DNA from: Candidatus Eiseniibacteriota bacterium
Lineage (GTDB): Bacteria > Eisenbacteria > RBG-16-71-46 > JABDJR01 > JAWXBZ01
Reading direction: 5' to 3'
NCBI GenBank assembly: GCA_034440375.1
Contig: JAWXBZ010000198.1
Span: forward strand, 1-19,931
Length of the DNA stretch: 19,931 nt
The position numbers and the translations under genes are program-made. The notes under the pieces were generated by a model. The model worked only from the letters and a program-made list of their open reading frames with translations. It made no database searches and was not told where the DNA came from. Positions 1 through 6,941 of the stretch are shown here, piece by piece; position 1 is the stretch's first letter; the number at the start of each line of letters is the position of its first letter.

Positions 1-81
1 CCAGGCCGCGCTTGCCGCGGCTCGCTTGATGCGTTTTCGCGCGGCGCGGCAGGGGGACCGGCCGGTGGCCGTCTGGTTCAA
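1..81 (-). CDS. possible 5' end of a gene running off the left edge (basic, signal-peptide-like N-terminus)
   Basis: TTG at 81-79 opens LNQTATGRSPCRAARKRIKRAAASAAW... with no stop before the window edge. It is divergent from the EIIA gene and the RBS is weak. Confidence 0.25.
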   Translation of the reverse strand, partial: MNQTATGRSPCRAARKRIKRAAASAAW

Positions 82-182
82 CTACCTGTTTTCTTTCCGC
101 CTGCCGTCGTGACACGGCCGTCGTAACAACATCTCGACGGCTCGTCATGGCCGGGCATTGATGCCGCGCGCGCGATTGCGGC

Positions 183-212
183 TTGACAGTGATTTGTTTG
201 GCTCTCTAAAGT
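183..212 (+). promoter_or_regulatory. putative sigma70 promoter for the PTS EIIA gene
   Basis: TTGACA (183-188), 18-nt spacer, TAAAGT (207-212) in an AT-richer patch upstream of ATG 279. Confidence 0.6.
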
Positions 213-278
213 GCCCCGATGCGCGGACTGGATCCGCGTCGATTCGCGTCCCACACCCTCCCAACAGGCCCATTGCCC

Positions 279-749
279 ATGAACCTGACTGAAGTTCTCG
301 ACGAGCGTGCCATCAACCTGGCCCTCGACGGCACCTCCCTGGAGGAGATCGTCGGCGGGCTGGTTGATCTGCTGGCCGCGACCGATGTCATCATCGACAG
401 GGAAACCGTGATACGGGATATCATGAGGCGGGAAGAGGTCATGTCCACCGGTATCGGCGGCGGGATCGCCATTCCGCATGCCCAGAGCAAGGGGGCCTCC
501 CGACTGGCCGTGGCACTGGGGCGAAGCCGGGGCGAGGTCGACTTCAATTCACTCGATGGTCGGCCGGTGCAGCTCTTTTTCCTTGTGGTGGGTCCGGAAG
601 AGCGTGGGGGATATATCCGGGTGCTGGCGCGGATCTCGCGGCTCCTGTACAGCGGTGAATTGCAACGCCGCCTGGGGCAGGCAAGGCACGCCGCCGACGC
701 AATGGCACTGGTCCGCGCCGAGGAAGAACGGGTGACCCACCCGGCCTGA
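279..749 (+). CDS. PTS EIIA (fructose/mannitol/Ntr family) domain protein, PtsN-like
   Basis: Motifs REEVMSTGIGGGIAIPHA (phospho-His), VDFNSLDGRPVQLFFLVVGP and LARISRLL. Start taken at ATG 279 (MNLTEVLDER) rather than 219. Confidence 0.9.
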   Translation: MNLTEVLDERAINLALDGTSLEEIVGGLVDLLAATDVIIDRETVIRDIMRREEVMSTGIGGGIAIPHAQSKGASRLAVALGRSRGEVDFNSLDGRPVQLFFLVVGPEERGGYIRVLARISRLLYSGELQRRLGQARHAADAMALVRAEEERVTHPA

Positions 750-782
750 GCCGGGCGGGCGCCGATCGGATCAGGGGGACGA

Positions 783-2264
783 TCAGCCCTGGCCGCTCTC
801 CATCTTTTCCTTGAGGGGCCGGAGGAGCTCGGCCAGCGGGTTCATGTTTGGCTGCTCCGAACGCTGCGGCTGGCTTCTCTTGAAGTCCTCAAGATCACGG
901 CGCTCATTGCTTGAGGTGTGGGCCGCCATGGAGAGCTTGATCCGTCCCTGTTCGTCAACCTGGATAATCTCCGCCTTGATCGGTGAGCCGACCGGGAAAC
1001 GCTTGGCCAGGTCGGCCCCGCGAGACTCGCCGGTTTCGATGCGCGGCACGAGCCCGCTGACACGCGGCCCGATGGAGGGGAGGTTCACGAAGATGCCGTA
1101 GTTCTTGACGCTGGCCACGGTTCCTTCAACCGACTGGCCGACGTTGATCTCGGGCATTGGTTCCGGTGGTGGCGCCGGCATCAGGGCCTTGAGCGACAGG
1201 CTGATCCGCTTGCGGTCGGGTTCGATGCGCAGGACGCGGGCCGTGACACGGTCGCCGGTGGTGACAGCGTCACGCGGGTGAGCCACCGAGCCGTGTCCGA
1301 GTTCGGTCAGATGGATCAGGCCGTCGATGCCGGGCGCCAGTTCGACGAAGGCGCCGAAGTCGGCCAGGCGAACGACATTTCCTTCGACGACATCGCCCTC
1401 ATGAAACTCGTTGGCGACACTCGACCATGGATCGGATTCGAGCGCCTTCAGCGACAGGCTGATGCGCTCCTTCGCGCCGCCGAGATCCTCGATCTTGATG
1501 ACACGAACCGTGACGGCCTGGCCTTCCTTGAGCACATCCGAGGGGTTGGCCACGCGGGCGCGGGAAAGTTCCGACACGTGAGCGAGCCCCTCGACACCGC
1601 CCAGGTCGATAAACGCGCCAAAAGCCGCCAGGCGTCGGACCACGCCCTCGACATCCTGGCCGGTGGCCAGGCGGCCCCGGGTTTCGCCACCCTTCTTCTC
1701 GCGCTCTTCCGCAAGGAGGGCTCGCCGGGAGACGACCAGGTTTTTCTTTTCGGCATCCCACTGCGTGATACGAAACATCAACTGCCGCCCCACCCAGGCC
1801 GACGGATCGGAAACGTATGCGATGTCGAGTTGAGCCACCGGACAGAAAGCCCGGATGCCGGCGATATCGACAACGACGCCGCCCTTGTTGACGGCCTTGA
1901 TCGACCCCTCGAGCGGGGTTTCGTTCTGGAAGGCGGCATCGATGAGGGAGTGGTCGACCGGGGTGCCCTTTCCCTTTCCCAGGGTGAGCGTGATCCCCTC
2001 GGCGGCCTGAGACACCGTGGCTTCCAGCTTGTCCCCTTCCTTGACGGTCAGGGTGCCGTCTTCGCCGCGGAGCTCCGCCGTCTCGATCGATCCTTCACTG
2101 CGGCCGCCAAAGTCGACGAAGCTGGTCATCTCGCCGATCCTGACGACGGTTCCCGTGACCCGTTCGCCCGCGGCGACCTCGCGCGGGGACTCGATACTGC
2201 CGGCCTCGAATTCGGGGTCGGGGGGAATTTCCTGGGTCTCGGGAGTGTCGTCGTTGAACATCAT
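783..2264 (-). CDS. S1 RNA-binding repeat protein (ribosomal protein S1/RpsA-like, five S1 domains)
   Basis: Five S1 repeats (GERVTGTVVRI, PLEGSIKAVNKGG, GQDVEGVVRRLAAFGAFIDLGGVEGLAHVSELS, GDVVEGNVVRLADFGAFVELAPGIDGLIHLTEL, GQSVEGTVASVKNYGIFVNL). GGAG SD precedes ATG 2264. Confidence 0.9.
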   Translation of the reverse strand: MMFNDDTPETQEIPPDPEFEAGSIESPREVAAGERVTGTVVRIGEMTSFVDFGGRSEGSIETAELRGEDGTLTVKEGDKLEATVSQAAEGITLTLGKGKGTPVDHSLIDAAFQNETPLEGSIKAVNKGGVVVDIAGIRAFCPVAQLDIAYVSDPSAWVGRQLMFRITQWDAEKKNLVVSRRALLAEEREKKGGETRGRLATGQDVEGVVRRLAAFGAFIDLGGVEGLAHVSELSRARVANPSDVLKEGQAVTVRVIKIEDLGGAKERISLSLKALESDPWSSVANEFHEGDVVEGNVVRLADFGAFVELAPGIDGLIHLTELGHGSVAHPRDAVTTGDRVTARVLRIEPDRKRISLSLKALMPAPPPEPMPEINVGQSVEGTVASVKNYGIFVNLPSIGPRVSGLVPRIETGESRGADLAKRFPVGSPIKAEIIQVDEQGRIKLSMAAHTSSNERRDLEDFKRSQPQRSEQPNMNPLAELLRPLKEKMESGQG

Positions 2265-2500
2265 GTCAATTTCTCCGTCACAATTCGTCATGTCGTTCGC
2301 CCAGGCGTTTGCGACCCCGAATCCGCTGGGCTGGCGGGGATCGGGTTCGGCTGAACGACCCCGACGGGCGGGGCACGGCGGGCATTGAACGGAACCGGAG
2401 ATCACCAGGACAACCTGAGCGAACCCTGAGGGTCTGTTACGGGGCCACGTTCCGTGTCCATCGTTCCCGGGCGGGAACGATCGATAACGACAGCGGCCGA

Positions 2501-2530
2501 AGCCTACCAGATGGGGACGAGGCGAAACAA
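2501..2530 (-). promoter_or_regulatory. putative extended -10 sigma70 promoter for the S1 gene
   Basis: Minus strand TTGTTT (2530-2525), 18 nt, TAGGCT (2506-2501) preceded by TG-n. Confidence 0.4.
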
Positions 2531-2598
2531 GCAACGAACCACGACAACGGGTCCGGCGATGGCTTGACGCAGGCGTTCATCCCCGAATGAACTCGACG

Positions 2599-4005
2599 TC
2601 AGGGAAATGGAAAGGCGTCCATCACCAGGAGGCGAAGCGAATTCCCAAAGAGGGAGAACCCGAGCAGGAAGAGCGCGAGAAGGCGACCGGACCAGTTCAC
2701 CTCGCAGCGGGCGGCGTTCGACGTCGAACCGAGGTACCAGCGGATGGCCGCCAGGATGGAAAGACCCCACAGAATCGAACCGACCGCGGCCAGCCACCAG
2801 GCGGGTCCTGTGCGGGCGCTCTCGAAGAGATCCCATCGCCCGATGAAACCGATGGTGCCGGGTGAGCCGGCCAGGGAGAGCAGTGCCGCAAGGCCGGCCA
2901 GGCGCGCGGTGATGACGGCGAGGTCGGTGCGTTGATCGCCGGTTACAACGGATGCGGCGGCGGGTCGAAAGACGAAAGCTCCGAAGAAACCGGTGACCAG
3001 TGCCACGAGCACGGCGCGCGCGCCGACGATCGAGCCCTGGGCGGCGCCGGACAGGAGCCATCCCGCCTGCGCGAGCAAGAGGCCGGCCACGACTTCCGCC
3101 GTGTGACGAGCCCGAAGCGCGTCAAGCGTTCCCTTGAACATGGCTCCGAGCGCGATGAGGCCGACCACCAGGCGCCAGGGAATGGTCGTGATCACGGCGT
3201 CCACTGTCGAACCGACTTGACTGGCGAGACCGCTGCCGGTTGTGCGCAGAAGGAGAAGGAGAAGTCCCGCCGGGATGATCGTCGCCACGGCCGAGCGCGT
3301 GACGGAAGGGACTTCGGCCGGGCGGCCACCGGATTGTTGGGGCGGGGAGCTGTCCGTGAACAGCGCATCGAACGACGGTGTTCCCACCGCGCCCTCTGCG
3401 ATGACCAGAACGGGGAGGAGCGCCGCGCCGGCCAGGAGTCCGCTGAATGTCGTCTGGTGGGCGAGGCTGATGCCGATCGGAACGAATGAGGCCTCCGCCG
3501 TCATGCCGATGAGGCAGGCAAACCCGACGGCGGCGACGGCGCCCCGGCCGGCACTCCGTGCGAGGAATCGCGAGGCCGCTCCCCGCGACGCGCCGGATCG
3601 AACCGCGAGGAACACGAGAGCGAGAGCCAGGAACTGGAGGGCCATGAGAGCCGAGAGCGCATCCGAGGCGCGCGCCGCCAGACAACCGGCAAGGGAGACG
3701 TAAATTAACTCGCTCCGACCACCCAGCAGGAGGGAGGCCAGGGTTGTCGCCAGAATGACGCGGATGACAAGGAGCGTCGGGGCATCGGAACGAAAAAAAT
3801 CGCCGGCCAGGGCAGCCGGTTCGAACGGCACGGCGAAGCTGGCGGCGAGTGCGATCAGCGCGGTGATCGGCGCGAACCGCCGGGCCGTGAGCCAGGAGAC
3901 GTCCCGACTCCGTTCCAGGAGAAGAATGAGGATTCCGCCGATGATCAGAACCAGTTCCGGCCAGAGCCATCGGAGGGACGCGGCAACAGGAAGCGGCTCA
4001 AGCAT
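2599..4005 (-). CDS. NuoN-like (proton-antiporter family) polytopic membrane protein, degenerate
   Basis: LWPELVLIIGGILILLLE N-terminus, ASRFLARSAGRGAVAAVGFACLIGMTAEASF, IALGAMFKGTLDAL and LLSLAGSPGTIGFIGRW follow the NuoN pattern. Start ATG 4005 overlaps the upstream stop by 8 nt; 468 aa. Confidence 0.8.
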   Translation of the reverse strand: MLEPLPVAASLRWLWPELVLIIGGILILLLERSRDVSWLTARRFAPITALIALAASFAVPFEPAALAGDFFRSDAPTLLVIRVILATTLASLLLGGRSELIYVSLAGCLAARASDALSALMALQFLALALVFLAVRSGASRGAASRFLARSAGRGAVAAVGFACLIGMTAEASFVPIGISLAHQTTFSGLLAGAALLPVLVIAEGAVGTPSFDALFTDSSPPQQSGGRPAEVPSVTRSAVATIIPAGLLLLLLRTTGSGLASQVGSTVDAVITTIPWRLVVGLIALGAMFKGTLDALRARHTAEVVAGLLLAQAGWLLSGAAQGSIVGARAVLVALVTGFFGAFVFRPAAASVVTGDQRTDLAVITARLAGLAALLSLAGSPGTIGFIGRWDLFESARTGPAWWLAAVGSILWGLSILAAIRWYLGSTSNAARCEVNWSGRLLALFLLGFSLFGNSLRLLVMDAFPFP

Positions 4006-4618
4006 CGGGGCCGCTTCCCAGGCGCTGACACACGGCGGCGGTGGCCAGGCCGATGGCGACCAGGAGGACGGCCGCCGCCGGCCCTGAGGGACCGATTCCC
4101 GCCTGCTTTGCGGCAATGACGAAAGCCGCCCCGGCAATCAGCGAGGCGCCGAGCACGCCCGCGGCCGGCGAGTTGATCCGGCGAAGCGAGGCCAGCGGGT
4201 CCGGTGACTGGAGTAACTCCGGCCTATTTGATGCCGAAGGCAAGCACTGCCAGGCGATGGCCAGGGTGATGGCCGACCATTCGAATGCGAAGAGATAGCG
4301 CGTCAGGACCAGTCGTGCGATTTCCTGGCGGGACGGCTCTGTTGCGTTGCCTCCCGGGATCAGGTGCCAGACGGCCGTTATGGCGAGCAGGAAAAGAAGG
4401 ACGCCGAGGAGCGCGAGGGCGGGGCGGGGGCGTGGCACGGGTTCTGCGATCAGGCCCGGGGCCAGGAGCAACAGAAACGCCGCGAGACTGGCGGCATAGG
4501 ACAGGAGGCGCCCGCGCCCTGGCACTTCGAACAGCTGCCAGAAGGCTTGCATCAACAGAAGCAACAACGCGGCGGTGAGCAGGGTGTCGCCGGTGCGATC
4601 GCCATGTTTCGGAGTCAT
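3998..4618 (-). CDS. membrane protein resembling a NuoJ-NuoK fusion, degenerate
   Basis: LLSYAASLAAFLLLL (NuoJ TM3 VYAGAI-like), EIARLVLTRYLFAFEWSAITLAIA (NuoJ TM5 YLLPFE-like), then LRRIN...AAFVIAA...SGPAAAVLLVAIGLATAAV (NuoK TM2-3-like). It lies directly upstream of the NuoN-like gene. Confidence 0.65.
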   Translation of the reverse strand: MTPKHGDRTGDTLLTAALLLLLMQAFWQLFEVPGRGRLLSYAASLAAFLLLLAPGLIAEPVPRPRPALALLGVLLFLLAITAVWHLIPGGNATEPSRQEIARLVLTRYLFAFEWSAITLAIAWQCLPSASNRPELLQSPDPLASLRRINSPAAGVLGASLIAGAAFVIAAKQAGIGPSGPAAAVLLVAIGLATAAVCQRLGSGPDA

Positions 4619-4689
4619 TCGGTACCCTTAGGCATGGTTGGGTGTTGAATCGCAGCGGCTGGATGGCCGCCGGAAGCGGCCGACCCACC

Positions 4690-4743
4690 TTGCGCTGATC
4701 GAGCGCGCCTCCGTATCATAGAAACCGCGTCGGACAGCGTCAA
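4690..4743. promoter_or_regulatory. putative bidirectional sigma70 promoter with overlapping -10 elements
   Basis: Minus: TTGACG (4743-4738), 17 nt, TATGAT (4720-4715). Plus: TTGCGC (4690-4695), 18 nt, TATCAT (4714-4719). Confidence 0.6.
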
Positions 4744-4809
4744 TGAAAGTCCCGGCGGCCCCGCCGTCGGCCGTGGGCCGCAGTACGGCGCCCGACCGCT
4801 GGGTGGTAC

Positions 4810-5625
4810 ATGTATATCCTTGGATCGATACTTCGTTGGGCCGTGCTGGCCGGCTATCTCGTCAGCGCCGTGCTGTACATTGCCCGTCTGCGCGGGCGTC
4901 ATCCCCGGCATGCGGACGTGGCGGCAGCCCTCCTGCTTGCCACCCTGACCCTTCACACGCTCCTCCTTGGCGAGACGTTCCTGGAAACCGGTCGTCTGCA
5001 ATTTCTCCGGTCGGGACTGTCGGCCATGACTCTCCTCGCGCTGGCCCTTTCGGCCATCACGCTGATCCTGTCGGCCCGATTGAAGAACGCCTCCCTCGGG
5101 GCATTCACGGTGCCGCTGGCCGCTCTCTTCCAGGTCCTGTCCCTGGTTGATCGACCCAGCCGTGTCGGCATCGATCCGCTGCTCGATTCCTACTGGTTCG
5201 AGGTACACCTGACGAGCGCCTTTCTTGGCTATGCGGCATTCGGCCTGGCATTCGCGGCGGGCATCATGTACCTGGCGCTGGCCGGCTCGATCCGTTCGCG
5301 CCGAATTGGAAACCTGTTCGAGCGTCTCCCGTCGCTGACCACTCTCGATCGGCTCGGCTCGATCGCCGCGCTGACGGGACTCCTGTTTTTCACGATCGGA
5401 CTCATTTCGGGGGCCGTCTGGTCCTCGTCCGCCACCGGCCGGCCGGTCAGCGGCGAGCCCAAGGAACTGCTGGCCCTCATCACCTGGCTGCTCTTCGCGG
5501 GGCAGGTTTTCCTGCGGTGGCGATCCGGCTGGCATGGGCGGCGGTCCGCCCTGCTCTCGATCGCCGGCTTCGTGGCCGCCCTGGTGACGATCCTCGGCGG
5601 CGGGTCCGGGAGACATCCGTTGTGA
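4810..5625 (+). CDS. cytochrome c assembly (CcsA/HemX/YpjD-like) membrane protein
   Basis: About eight TM segments with WFEVHLTSAFLGYAAF, RLPSLTTLDRL, GLISGAVW...EPKELLALITW, GWHGRRSA and C-terminal His (GRHPL). Directly upstream of hemA. Confidence 0.85.
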   Translation: MYILGSILRWAVLAGYLVSAVLYIARLRGRHPRHADVAAALLLATLTLHTLLLGETFLETGRLQFLRSGLSAMTLLALALSAITLILSARLKNASLGAFTVPLAALFQVLSLVDRPSRVGIDPLLDSYWFEVHLTSAFLGYAAFGLAFAAGIMYLALAGSIRSRRIGNLFERLPSLTTLDRLGSIAALTGLLFFTIGLISGAVWSSSATGRPVSGEPKELLALITWLLFAGQVFLRWRSGWHGRRSALLSIAGFVAALVTILGGGSGRHPL

Positions 5626-6941
5626 GCGGGCTTCCCGGCATTCGGGTGACCGGCCTCTCGCATCATACGGCCCCGCTTGAACTGCGCGAACGCCTCACCC
5701 TCCCGATTTCCGAGTACGGGCCGCTCGTCCGGCAAATTGTCAATGAGGATGGATGGCTCGAGGGGGTCGTCATTTCAACCTGCAACCGGACCGAGTTGAT
5801 CGCGGTGACATCGGCGGCGGGCGCCTCCATTCGCCATGAGGCCTTTTCGCGCTTTCTCTCCGGCCGGGCCGGGGAATCGATCGATCGATACCTGTACCGT
5901 TTCGAGTCGGCGGCGGCGGTGGAACATCTCTTTCGCGTGGCGGCCAGCCTCGACAGCCTGGTGCTGGGTGAAGCGCAGATTCTCGGCCAGATCAACGAGG
6001 CGTTTGGCTCGGCGGCCGAGGCCGGCACCGTCGGACCGATTCTGGATCGCCTCTTTTCTCGCGCCCGACAGGCGGCCAAGCGGGTACGTCACGAAACCGG
6101 CATCGGCGAAGGACATGTTTCCCTGGCCTCGGTGGCCGTCGAACTGGCGGAGAAAATCTTCGGCCGGCTGGCCGGTCGTTCGGCCATGGTCATCGGCGCG
6201 GGCGATATCGCCCTGCTCACGCTTCGCCACCTGGCCGCGGCCGGCGTGCGCCGCGTGTCGGTCACCAATCGCACCGGCGAACGGGCGATCGACCTGGCGG
6301 CCCGGATGGGCGGGGTGCCGATCGACTTCGAGCGACGCTTCGACGCATTGACCGACGTTGATATCGTCCTGTCGACCACGGCGTCACCGGCCCCGATCAT
6401 GACCCGCACCGACCTGGCTCCGGTGATGGCGCGCCGCCGGCACCGCCCGATCTTCCTCATCGATCTGGCACTCCCGCGGGACATCGATCCCGCGGTGGCT
6501 GATCTGGAAAACGTCTTTCTCTACAACATCGATGATCTCGGCAACGTGGTCGAACGAAACCGGTCGGAGCGGCGGGGCGAGGCGGACCGGGCCCGGGTCA
6601 TCGTGGCGGACGAGGCGGGGCGCTTCGTCGATTGGCTGGCCACGCAGCATGCAGTGCCGACCGTCGTGGCCCTGCGCGAACGTCTCGATTCGATCCGCCT
6701 GGTGGAGGAAAACCGGCTGCTCGATCGACTTGGCCATTTGTCCGAGAGGGACAAGGAAGCGGTGCGGGCGTTCGCCGGAAACCTGGTGGGCAAGATCCTG
6801 CACGAGCCGAGCGTGCGACTGCGTGACGCACGTGACCCGCGCGAGACGGCGCGATTGATCGAGGCGGCCCGCCTCTTGTTCGCGCTCGACGAATCGAACG
6901 ACGGCGACCAGTCCAACGGACACGATCGACGGAATGATTGA
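5622..6941 (+). CDS. hemA: glutamyl-tRNA reductase
   Basis: GLSHHTAPLELRERL, catalytic STCNRTE, HLFRVAASLDSLVLGEAQILGQI, GAG dinucleotide-binding loop, IDLALPRDID. GTG start overlaps the upstream TGA (GTGA). Confidence 0.97.
   Translation: MSGLPGIRVTGLSHHTAPLELRERLTLPISEYGPLVRQIVNEDGWLEGVVISTCNRTELIAVTSAAGASIRHEAFSRFLSGRAGESIDRYLYRFESAAAVEHLFRVAASLDSLVLGEAQILGQINEAFGSAAEAGTVGPILDRLFSRARQAAKRVRHETGIGEGHVSLASVAVELAEKIFGRLAGRSAMVIGAGDIALLTLRHLAAAGVRRVSVTNRTGERAIDLAARMGGVPIDFERRFDALTDVDIVLSTTASPAPIMTRTDLAPVMARRRHRPIFLIDLALPRDIDPAVADLENVFLYNIDDLGNVVERNRSERRGEADRARVIVADEAGRFVDWLATQHAVPTVVALRERLDSIRLVEENRLLDRLGHLSERDKEAVRAFAGNLVGKILHEPSVRLRDARDPRETARLIEAARLLFALDESNDGDQSNGHDRRND

Noticed and set aside
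1278-2354. 358-aa plus-strand ORF opposite the S1 gene
   Set aside because: Antisense shadow with typical reverse-frame composition and no motif.
2300-2460. c-di-AMP riboswitch or 6S RNA
   Set aside because: Only short fragments resemble them (CCGAACCCG; ACCC..GGGTTC); the conserved element order and long closing helices were not found.
2265-2534. 90-aa N-terminal extension of the S1 protein in the ORF track
   Set aside because: The SD lies just before ATG 2264, and the extension is non-homologous and overlaps the predicted promoter and leader.
4615-5616. 333-aa minus-strand ORF joined to the Nuo-like gene
   Set aside because: Antisense to the well-supported CcsA-like gene and runs through the divergent promoter.
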